Shown one piece after another: positions 19,794 to 27,817 of a DNA stretch of 64,000 nt. Source of the DNA: an uncultured Dehalococcoidaceae bacterium (GTDB taxonomy: Bacteria; Chloroflexota; Dehalococcoidia; UBA2979); NCBI GenBank assembly GCA_964479165.1, contig CAYZJO010000005.1:30659-94658 (forward strand). The letters run 5' to 3'. Under the pieces are notes generated by a model that had not been told where the DNA came from, made no database searches, and saw only the letters and a list, made by a program, of their open reading frames with translations. The position numbers were made by a program, and so were the translations under genes. Numbering within the stretch: position 1 is the first letter of the stretch; each line of letters starts with the position of its first letter.

Positions 19794-20981
19794 GTGACAG
19801 CTACCGAGACGACGACCGAGTCTGAACGAGACCCCGACAGACAACAGTTCCGTCCTCCCGCACGCGGGGAGCACGTCCCCGATGTCCTCGAGTTCCCGGT
19901 CGGCCCGATCCACTTCCGGTTCGCGCAGCGCGGCGACGAGCCGGCACTCCTGGCCGCAGTCGACCGAGGCTTCGAGCGGTGGCCACCCTTCCCGGTGCAG
20001 GGCACCCGCGAGGACCACGTGGGTTGGTTCGTGGATTCGTGGAAGCCCGGAGAGAGCCTTACGTGCGTCGCGGAGCACGAGGGGCGCATTGCCGCGTTTG
20101 CCCTCGGCTACCGGCGCGAGATGTGGATCCGAGGCGAACGGCTGACGGGTGGCCTCGGCGCGTACGGCGCCGTCGACCCCGACTACCGCCGGATGTACCT
20201 CAATCACTGGTTCGGCGAATGGAAGCGCGAGCGGGACGGGCGCGATATCGGCGGCGCGTTTTCACAGGTCGAGGGCATCCTCCGGACGCGGGAGCGTCGA
20301 GGGACCTCGGTGCCTCTCGGGAACCCGCTTACCGTCTTCGCACGTATCTTCGACCCGCTGCACGCGTCGGGCCACGAGGGCTTCGAAGCGCTGAAGCGCA
20401 CGCCGGGCTACCTGGCATTCAGCCTGCAAGGAAGCCTCCGACAGCGACGCGTTCGCCGCCGGTACTGGGCGATCCGCACAGTGGACCGGTTCGACGAGCG
20501 GGTGGACGCCCTCGTCGAGGAGTCGGCTCGAGCCGAGTTCGACTACCTCCCGGGCCGCAACCACCAGTTCCTCAACTGGCGCTATTTCGATCGGCGCACC
20601 GGGCCGGCGATCGGCCTCGTTGCCGAGGACGGCGACCAATTGCTGGGTTATGCGGTGCTCCGTCCCATCAAGATGCGCGGCCACATCGCCGACGTGCTCG
20701 CCCGTCCCGGGCGTGCCGACGTGGCCCGGTCGCTCATCGACCAGGGACTGCGTCGCTTACGCCTTGATGGGCTGGCTGGCGTCGAATGCACGCTCCCACA
20801 GCATCATCCCTACATCGGGGCGCTGCGGTCGGCGGGATTCGTCCGCCTCCCCGAGCGCTCACGGGTGATGGCGCTGAAGTTCAGCGTGTCGAAGCGCCTC
20901 GGATCGGATGTCGACCTCGCGTTCCTCGCCGATCCTCACGCGCGGATGCACGTCACGATGGGCGACTCTGACATGATCTAG
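19794..20981 (+). CDS. Tandem-GNAT-fold protein, paralogue 1
   Basis: VDPDYRR acetyl-CoA-type motif, FLNWRYFD, GYAVLR, GHIADVL; AAGGAG SD before GTG. Confidence 0.75.
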   Translation: MTATETTTESERDPDRQQFRPPARGEHVPDVLEFPVGPIHFRFAQRGDEPALLAAVDRGFERWPPFPVQGTREDHVGWFVDSWKPGESLTCVAEHEGRIAAFALGYRREMWIRGERLTGGLGAYGAVDPDYRRMYLNHWFGEWKRERDGRDIGGAFSQVEGILRTRERRGTSVPLGNPLTVFARIFDPLHASGHEGFEALKRTPGYLAFSLQGSLRQRRVRRRYWAIRTVDRFDERVDALVEESARAEFDYLPGRNHQFLNWRYFDRRTGPAIGLVAEDGDQLLGYAVLRPIKMRGHIADVLARPGRADVARSLIDQGLRRLRLDGLAGVECTLPQHHPYIGALRSAGFVRLPERSRVMALKFSVSKRLGSDVDLAFLADPHARMHVTMGDSDMI

Positions 20982-21031
20982 CGACGCTCCCGCCCAGACC
21001 AGGCACGCTCCGCGCAGCAAGGAGGCGCATC

Positions 21032-22213
21032 CTGAACGAGGTAACAGCGACCGCACAGTCCCCCCAGTCCCTGCAAACGGGCACCCCTCCGGCTCCAGAC
21101 GAGCGGGTCCCCAACGAGGTTGAGTTCTCCATCGGTCGAGTTCGGTTCCGTGCTGCGGAGATGGACGATGTTCCAGCGCTCCTGACCTCGGTGAAGCGGA
21201 CCTTCCCCGGGTGGCCGCCCTATCCCACCGGCGGCACTGAAGAAGACTTCATGCGCTGGTTCATCGACTCCTGGCGTCCGGACCAGCGCCTGACGTGGGT
21301 CGGGATGCACGAGGGCCGCGTCGCCGCACTCGCGTTGGGCTACTGCCGGCCGACCTGGCTGCGCGGGCAGCTGATGGAGGGGAGCCTTGGCGCGTACGGG
21401 GGCATCGATCCCGACTACCGACGCATGTACCTGTACAACTGGTTCCGCCAGTGGAGAACCCAGAACGACGGCCGCGAGCTCGCCCTCTCGTTCACGCAGG
21501 TAGAGGCGGTCCGGCGGACGCAGTCGCACGTGGGCGACTACCGCCCGGTCGCGAACCAGCTCGGGGTGTTCGCCCGGATCTTCCGGCCGCTGGAGGCGTC
21601 CGGCCGTGGCGGCTTCCAGGGGTTCAAGCGCGCCCCCGGCTACTTCGCCCTGAAGGGGGAGAGCAGGATCCGGCAGCGTCCGCCCGCCATTCCGGCGACG
21701 TGGACCATCCGAGAGGTCAGCGCGTTCGACGAGCGAACCGACCGGCTCGACGAGGTCTGCGCCACGGAGTTCGACCTGCTCCCGTGGCGGGGCCACGAGT
21801 TCCTCAACTGGCGCTACTTCGACCAGCGGACCGGCCCGACGGTCGGGTTCGTGGCGGAGGACGGTGGCGAGCTGCTGGGCTACGCGGCGCTCCGCACGGC
21901 GTGGAGCCGCGCCAATCTCGCCGACCTGCTCGTGCGGCCGGGCCGGAGAGACGTGGCCCGCTCACTGATCGATGCGTGCGTCGCACACGCGGAGGCAGCG
22001 GGTGCCGCCGCCATCGAGTGCACGCTGCCCTGGCACCACCCGTACCTCCCGGCGCTGCGCACGGCCGGCTTCGTGAACCTGCGTAACCGCTCGCGTGTGA
22101 TGGCCTACAAGTTCAACGTGGCAAGCTGGCACCCGGACCCGCACCTGCTCGACTTCCTCGCGGACCCGCACGCGCGCATCCACGTGATGATGGGCGACTC
22201 CGACATGGTCTAG
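21032..22213 (+). CDS. Tandem-GNAT-fold protein, paralogue 2 (probable non-AUG start)
   Basis: Colinear with paralogue 1 to the C-terminal DPHARxHVxMGDSDM; homology extends 5' of the ORF-track ATG 21161; AAGGAGG at 21019-21025 precedes in-frame CTG 21032. Confidence 0.72.
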   Translation: MNEVTATAQSPQSLQTGTPPAPDERVPNEVEFSIGRVRFRAAEMDDVPALLTSVKRTFPGWPPYPTGGTEEDFMRWFIDSWRPDQRLTWVGMHEGRVAALALGYCRPTWLRGQLMEGSLGAYGGIDPDYRRMYLYNWFRQWRTQNDGRELALSFTQVEAVRRTQSHVGDYRPVANQLGVFARIFRPLEASGRGGFQGFKRAPGYFALKGESRIRQRPPAIPATWTIREVSAFDERTDRLDEVCATEFDLLPWRGHEFLNWRYFDQRTGPTVGFVAEDGGELLGYAALRTAWSRANLADLLVRPGRRDVARSLIDACVAHAEAAGAAAIECTLPWHHPYLPALRTAGFVNLRNRSRVMAYKFNVASWHPDPHLLDFLADPHARIHVMMGDSDMV

Positions 22214-22248
22214 GTTGAAATGCCACGACAGTCGGCGGAGGCACAGAG

Positions 22249-22274
22249 GGCGAGGCCCGCTCGGGGGCCTCGCC
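22249..22274. terminator. Hairpin between convergent genes
   Basis: 10-bp stem GGCGAGGCCC/GGGCCTCGCC, 6-nt loop. Confidence 0.6.
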
Positions 22275-22290
22275 GTCGCGTCAGGCCGGC

Positions 22291-22872
22291 TCAGGCGCCG
22301 TGATCGAGCTTCTCGAGGGACTCCTGCATCGAGCGGACGATTTGGCTCATCACGACGAGGTCGTGCGTCTCGCCGCTCGCGTCGATGACGTGGTCCGCGA
22401 GGAGGGCCTCTGGGCGGAAACCGAGACGGCGGAAGACCGCGAGCGCACCCGCCTGGTTCAGCGTCATCTGCGCGATCATCTTCTCGACGCCCATGTCAAC
22501 CGCGATCTTGAAGGCCGCCTCGGTGAGCGCGCGGCCGAGGCCGAGGCCGCGCGCCTCGGGGCCGACGACCACGCGCAGCTCCGCGAGATGACGCTGCCAG
22601 TTGAGTGACGCGCGTGAGACAGAGGAGTAGCCCAGCACCTCGCCCTCCCCGGTCACGGCCAGGACGGTGCTGGTAGTCCCCTGCCCGATCTCGCGCATCC
22701 AGGCGTCGATCTCGGCGGGATTCGTGATGTCGCGGCGGAGAAAGAGCAGGTCCTCCGGCGGCAGCGACACCGCGAAACGATGCAGCCGCAGCGCGTCGGC
22801 CGGGCCTGCGTAGCGCAGGTCCACCGGCGTGCCGTGGTAGTTGAACGTGCCGACGGAGGGCGTCTCCTTCAT
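22291..22872 (-). CDS. GNAT N-acetyltransferase
   Basis: LRVVVGPEARGLGLGRAL motif; start ATG 22870-22872. Confidence 0.85.
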   Translation of the reverse strand: MKETPSVGTFNYHGTPVDLRYAGPADALRLHRFAVSLPPEDLLFLRRDITNPAEIDAWMREIGQGTTSTVLAVTGEGEVLGYSSVSRASLNWQRHLAELRVVVGPEARGLGLGRALTEAAFKIAVDMGVEKMIAQMTLNQAGALAVFRRLGFRPEALLADHVIDASGETHDLVVMSQIVRSMQESLEKLDHGA

Positions 22873-22885
22873 CAGTTCGTCCCGC

Positions 22886-23680
22886 TCACGCGACGCCAGC
22901 CTTCTGCAGCAACGGCTTGTCGAAGAGCACGTTGCCGGTGAACTGCTGCGGCGGCTGCTCGCAGATCCAGACCGCCGCCTTGCCCATGTCGTCGGCAGTC
23001 TCGAAGTTGAGGTCGGGGTTCTCGCGGTCGTTCGATGCCATACGGTTGCCCGGCGTCCGCACGCCACCCTCGGGCGAGAGGATGTTCACCGAGATGTTGT
23101 CCTTCTGCAGCATCGCGGCCTGGCGCTGCGAGAAGTGCTCGAGGCCGATCTTCTCGGCGCCGTAGAAGATGTCACCGCTGCGGTTCTGCTGCTCCTCGGT
23201 GTACGGACCGGGGCCAAGGGGAATCGCGCCACGGGAGGAGATGTTGATAATGTGGCCGCCGCCGGCCGCCCGCATGTGCGGCACCACCTCCCGCATCGTC
23301 AGGATGTAGCTCCGGAAGTTGACCTCCATGCTGAGGTCGATGTGCCGCTCCTGCACGGTCTCGAGGTCGCCCGGCACAAAGATCGCCGCGTTGTTGATGA
23401 GGATGTCGAGGCGTCCCCACTCGTCGACGACCCGCTTCACGGCCGCCTTGATGCTCTCGGGGTCGCGCATGTTGAGCACGACCGGGATCGCCGTCCCGCC
23501 CTGGTCCTGAATCTCCTTGGTCACCGAGTGGATCGTGCCGGGAAGCCGCGGGTCCTTCACCTCCTCGGTGCGCGCCGCAACCGCCACCTTCGCCCCGGCC
23601 GCCGCGAGGTATTTCGCGATGTCCGCCCCGATCCCGCGGCTCGCGCCCGCGACCAGAGCCACCTTCCCGTCGAGTGCCAT
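22886..23680 (-). CDS. Short-chain dehydrogenase/reductase
   Basis: VAGASRGIG, LINNAAI, IINISS, YGAEK (YxxxK). Confidence 0.92.
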   Translation of the reverse strand: MALDGKVALVAGASRGIGADIAKYLAAAGAKVAVAARTEEVKDPRLPGTIHSVTKEIQDQGGTAIPVVLNMRDPESIKAAVKRVVDEWGRLDILINNAAIFVPGDLETVQERHIDLSMEVNFRSYILTMREVVPHMRAAGGGHIINISSRGAIPLGPGPYTEEQQNRSGDIFYGAEKIGLEHFSQRQAAMLQKDNISVNILSPEGGVRTPGNRMASNDRENPDLNFETADDMGKAAVWICEQPPQQFTGNVLFDKPLLQKAGVA

Positions 23681-23780
23681 GTTCTCCGCCTATCCAGCAG
23701 CTCGTCCTCGCACTCACGTTGGTGTCGAGGCAGGCCGCAACGAGCCGCATAGTACCCGATCGATCTCCCCTCACCTCAAT

Positions 23781-23809
23781 CCTCTCCCACAAGGGGAGAG
23801 GAGGCCGGA
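23781..23809. repeat. REP-like palindrome family A, intergenic copy
   Basis: CCTCTCCC-ACAAG-GGGAGAGG-AGGCCGGA; identical outside the loop to 30029-30057. Confidence 0.75.
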
Positions 23810-23852
23810 CTCCTGCTCCCCCACCGAAGGAAGCCAGCGCGCCTCGGACACG

Positions 23853-25118
23853 TCAGCCGGCTGAGACGTCCGCCCGGAGCGCCAGCTCGCGCTCCTCGGC
23901 GGCCTCGTCGTGCACGTCGGCGCGGGTGAGGCCGGCGAGCAGCCAGCCGAGGACGAGGACACCGCAGCCGAGGGCAGCCGCGGCGAAGTAGAACGCGGCG
24001 GTCGTGCCGAACCAGCCCGCGAAGACGCCTCCAGCCACACCTCCGACGAGGATGCCCGTACCGTCGCCGGCCGCACCGAGTCCGATCACCGTGCCCATGC
24101 CCGCCTGGCGACCCGCGACCACCTGGATAGCCGAGGCCGCGACCCACGCCGCAGAACTCGCAACCGCGAGGAGCGCGAGCAGCGTCAGCACGACGGGATA
24201 CGACGGCGCGGCACCCACCGCCCCGAGCAGCACCGCGCTCGCTGCCAGCCCGCCGAGGAGCATGTAGCGCCGGTCGATGCGGTCGGCGAGGCGCCCGAAG
24301 AGCGGCTGCGTCACCACGCCGGTGACCGCCTGCGCCCCGAGGGCGACTCCGATCGCCGTTCCCGAGACCCCGCGGGCGTCGAGGAAGACCGCGAGGAAGG
24401 AGTAGAGCGAGCCGTAGGTCAGCGAGGTCAGGCCCATGAAGAGCACCAGTGCCACGACCACGCGGTATCGCAGCGCCGCGACCATGCCGCCGATCGCCGA
24501 GCTCGATGTCGACGAGGCGTGGCGCGTCTCGGCGGTGTCGGCGGGCAACAGGGTCTGGAGGACCAGCGCGCCCGCTGCCATCAGGACAGCCATTCCGAGG
24601 AAGACCGAGTCGAAGCCGAAGGCGTCGTGCAGCGCCCCGGAGAGCACCGGGCCTGCGCCGAACCCTGCGATGTCCGCGAGCGCGAAGACGCCGAACCAAC
24701 GGCCCTCGTGGCCCTTCGGCACGATGTCGCCGAGGTACGCCTGCCCGACAGCAAAGATGAGGCTCGTCCCGCAGCCGGAGAACGCCCGGAAGGCCAGCAC
24801 CTGCACGAACGAGTCAGCGGTGAGGTAGCCGAAGGCAGCGATGAAGTAGATCAGCAGTCCGACGATGATGAACGGCTTGCGGCCGTAGCGGTCCGACCAG
24901 CCGCCGGCGAACGGGCTGACCAGCGTCTGGCTCACGGCAAAGATCGAGAAGGTGAGGCCGGTCCAGATGCCCGTCGCGCCCAGCTCCTCGGCGTAGACCG
25001 GGAGGAACGGGCTGACCATCGAGATGCCGAGGTTGGCGAGGAAGACGGCGCCGAAGAGCGTGAGGAACGGGCGAGAGAGCAATCGCGCCTCCTCTCGCCA
25101 CCTTACGGGGGCGGGCAA
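23853..25118 (-). CDS. MFS transporter
   Basis: About 12 hydrophobic segments; GGWSDRYGRK and GRLADRIDRR motif A. Confidence 0.92.
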   Translation of the reverse strand: MPAPVRWREEARLLSRPFLTLFGAVFLANLGISMVSPFLPVYAEELGATGIWTGLTFSIFAVSQTLVSPFAGGWSDRYGRKPFIIVGLLIYFIAAFGYLTADSFVQVLAFRAFSGCGTSLIFAVGQAYLGDIVPKGHEGRWFGVFALADIAGFGAGPVLSGALHDAFGFDSVFLGMAVLMAAGALVLQTLLPADTAETRHASSTSSSAIGGMVAALRYRVVVALVLFMGLTSLTYGSLYSFLAVFLDARGVSGTAIGVALGAQAVTGVVTQPLFGRLADRIDRRYMLLGGLAASAVLLGAVGAAPSYPVVLTLLALLAVASSAAWVAASAIQVVAGRQAGMGTVIGLGAAGDGTGILVGGVAGGVFAGWFGTTAAFYFAAAALGCGVLVLGWLLAGLTRADVHDEAAEERELALRADVSAG

Positions 25119-25202
25119 CCCTCCGCTCTTCCCTCCGCGGACACACTCGCGCCGGCGACGTGTGCATCGCCGGCGCGAAGTTGTGGGCTTCGAAGGCTGG
25201 GA

Positions 25203-25553
25203 CTAGGCGTCCTGAGGCGTCCAATCGATGCGCGTGAGCGCGGCGTTCGCCGCAACTACGGAGGGCATGCCGCCAGCGCCGAAGCGGTAGGAGCCCGGGG
25301 CAGCACCGCCGCCGGTGTCGTTGCCACCGCCGTTGTCGCCGTCGTCAGCCCCGCCGCCGCCGGGCAACGTCTCTTCGATCACGCCGCCAGCGCCCCCCAC
25401 ATCGCGATCGGACGTGGTGTCAGCCCATGGCTGCCACATGAACAGCGCAAGGACCAGGATCAGCAGAACTAGTCCGATGAGCATGAACATGGTTGCGGAC
25501 ATGCCGGCCATGAACCCCGCGCCGGTCGTGTCCTCGTGATGGTGATGTGCCAC
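25203..25553 (-). CDS. Small membrane protein with His4 N-terminus and Gly/Asp-rich tail
   Basis: GTG after GGAGGG; AHHHHED, one TM helix, GGGGADDGDNGGG tail. Confidence 0.55.
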   Translation of the reverse strand: MAHHHHEDTTGAGFMAGMSATMFMLIGLVLLILVLALFMWQPWADTTSDRDVGGAGGVIEETLPGGGGADDGDNGGGNDTGGGAAPGSYRFGAGGMPSVVAANAALTRIDWTPQDA

Positions 25554-25894
25554 TGCGCATCCCTCCGTGTTCCATGGCGGGAGTGTTGCGTGATCACCAT
25601 CGGATGGTCGCAACAGCAGGCGCATCAAGGGCTTTGGCGAGCGGGTTGCTTGTCCGTTACAGCGGGGACATCAGATAGAGCAGGAATGGGAAAGGCACCG
25701 ATTGCTCGGTGCCCCTCCGACTCGCCACCCTTTGGACCGGCCGACTCGGGAGCAATCGTCCTTCGTCGGTATTTACGAATCGTATACGTAGAGCCGCGTT
25801 TGCGAAACCCCGACAACCGTTCCCAACTGTAGCGCTACGGGCGGGCGGCCGCTGCGACAAAGTTCCGACAATCGCGTAGGAAAACGGTAGGAGC

Positions 25895-26686
25895 TCAGTC
25901 AGCCTCGACCACAGCGAGCGCCTCGCCCGGCGCGAGCACCCGCACGTCGACCTCCGGGGCGGCGAGCGCCGCGGCATCGCGGAAGGCGGGGCCGGGAAGG
26001 TGGAAGCGGTGCGGGCGGACACGCGCGAGACCGCGTGGCCAGAACGTGCCCCAGTGGATCGGCACCGCAACGCGCGGCCTCAGTAGGCGGAGCGCCGCTG
26101 CCGCGCGATCAGGGTCCATGTGTCCGCCTCGGAGCGTCGGCCCCCAGCCACCGACTGGCAGCAGCGCGAGATCGAGCCGGCCCCCCGCCACGCGCGGGAT
26201 GTCCTCCATCTCCAGAAACAAGTCCGTGTCGCCCCCGAAGTAGACGCGCTCGTTCCCCTCGATGGCGTATCCCAGCGCGACGGCCGCGGGACCGAGAGGC
26301 AACCGCGTACCGTCATGAGCGGCGAACGTCGCGTGGACGCGCACCGCGCCGACGTCAAACTTCCCATCGACAGCGAGCTCCTCGACGTGGCCGAAGCCAT
26401 GGCGCTCGACCCAGCGGCCGGCCCCCTCGGGCACGAGGAGCAGCGTGCCCTCCGGCAGCAGTCGCAACGACGGCAAGTGGAGGTGGTCCTGGTGTGCGTG
26501 CGAGATCAGCACGACATCGGGCGCCACCACGTCCTCGAGCGCCACCAGCCCGGAGGCGCGGCGACGGACCATGCCTCGCAGCGGACTGCCGATGAGCAAC
26601 GGATCGGTGAGCACGTGCACGCCGTCGATCTCGACGAGCGTCGTCGCGTGCCCGACCCAGCGGACGTTCATGAGGGTTTGCCCCAT
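25895..26686 (-). CDS. Metallo-beta-lactamase-fold hydrolase
   Basis: WVGHAT, SHAHQDH, FGGDT, PIHWGT motifs. Confidence 0.88.
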   Translation of the reverse strand: MGQTLMNVRWVGHATTLVEIDGVHVLTDPLLIGSPLRGMVRRRASGLVALEDVVAPDVVLISHAHQDHLHLPSLRLLPEGTLLLVPEGAGRWVERHGFGHVEELAVDGKFDVGAVRVHATFAAHDGTRLPLGPAAVALGYAIEGNERVYFGGDTDLFLEMEDIPRVAGGRLDLALLPVGGWGPTLRGGHMDPDRAAAALRLLRPRVAVPIHWGTFWPRGLARVRPHRFHLPGPAFRDAAALAAPEVDVRVLAPGEALAVVEAD

Positions 26687-26772
26687 GCCTCTGAAGCGCG
26701 TGGACGCCTAGTATCTCGCAGAGCCGGCGCTGACGTCGGTGCTCAGGCGTGAGGGGCGGGAGGGCGGACGGC

Positions 26773-27291
26773 GTGAACATCGTTGCGATCGCCCTGATCG
26801 TCGGCGCCAAGTACGGGTTACCGGTCCTCCTCGTCCGGTTCCCGTTCGCCGCCGGCTGGGCCAACTTCGTCCTGGACACTCTCGACGGCGACATCCTGAT
26901 CCCGCTGGGGCTCTCGGACCCCGTTTACCAGAACATCGACAAGTCGGCGGACTGGGTTACGTACGTCTTCATGGTCGTGGCGGCGTGGAAGTGGCCGCTG
27001 CGGAACTGGATCGTCGGGCTGTTCCTGTTCCGCTCGGTGGGGCAGGCGCTCTTTTTCATCACCCAGGACGAGTTGATGTTCTTCTTCTTCCCGAACTTCC
27101 TCGAGCCGCTGTTCCTCGCCTACGCCACCATCCTGCACTTCAAAGGCGGCGAGGCGTTCGCGTTCTTCAGGCGGAACATGGTCTGGATCCTGGCGATCGT
27201 CATCCTCTACAAGTTGCAGGACGAGTACATCACCCACGTGGGCAACATCGACCGCTCGGAGCTGATCGCGCGCCTGCTGCCTCCCTGGTAG
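26773..27291 (+). CDS. Hypothetical integral membrane protein
   Basis: Strong codon-like pattern, multiple TM segments, LDTLDGD motif. Confidence 0.65.
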   Translation: MNIVAIALIVGAKYGLPVLLVRFPFAAGWANFVLDTLDGDILIPLGLSDPVYQNIDKSADWVTYVFMVVAAWKWPLRNWIVGLFLFRSVGQALFFITQDELMFFFFPNFLEPLFLAYATILHFKGGEAFAFFRRNMVWILAIVILYKLQDEYITHVGNIDRSELIARLLPPW

Positions 27292-27394
27292 GGGTCGACG
27301 GAGGCGACCGCGGGCACCTCGAAAGATCGGGGAACGCACCGAGCCGCCTCCGGAGGTCCCCTACCCCTGCACGGCCCGCGTCCGTCAGGATTAT

Positions 27395-27634
27395 GTGGTG
27401 AAACTCTGGAAGCGTGCCGCCACCGAGCGGACGGAGCCGGCCGAGTCCGAGCGTGAGTGGACGCGACGCCCGCCGGTGCAATGCGCCGGGTGCAAGCGCC
27501 CGTCGGACCGCTACGTATACCTGCAGAACGGTAAGGACTATTGCATCCCGTGTGCGCTGGCGGTGCGAGCGTCGCTGGGCATCCGGCCCGCAGGCCGGCG
27601 CGCGGACGACATCACCGACCTCGATAGCGTGTGA
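27395..27634 (+). CDS. Small C4 zinc-finger protein (CX2C-X16-CX2C)
   Basis: CAGCKRPSDRYVYLQNGKDYCIPC. Confidence 0.55.
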   Translation: MVKLWKRAATERTEPAESEREWTRRPPVQCAGCKRPSDRYVYLQNGKDYCIPCALAVRASLGIRPAGRRADDITDLDSV

Positions 27635-27641
27635 GTTGCTG

Positions 27642-27727
27642 ACGCGGCGCCGGGGAATCGAACCCCGCTGGACTGCGTCTGGCCCCCGAGATAGCGGAGC
27701 GCAGCCTGCTCCCAGAGCTCGCCGCGT
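27642..27727 (-). ncRNA. tRNA-like structured element (non-canonical; possible pseudo-tRNA)
   Basis: 8-bp terminal stem ACGCGGCG/CGCCGCGT, GCTC-TGG-GAGC D-like arm, expanded anticodon-position arm, canonical T-arm CGGGG-TTCGATT-CCCCG; no encoded CCA. Confidence 0.5.
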
Positions 27728-27817
27728 GACCTCTCAAGCGTAGTCGTACCAACCTCAACATCCGGTGCGAGCATCGTCGGGAGGCGCAAGGGTCGCGCCG
27801 ATCGCGGCGATCGCGCA

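Noticed and set aside
27642-27727. tRNA-Sec (selC) or tmRNA
   Set aside because: No UCA anticodon or separate long variable arm; no Ala acceptor identity or tag ORF
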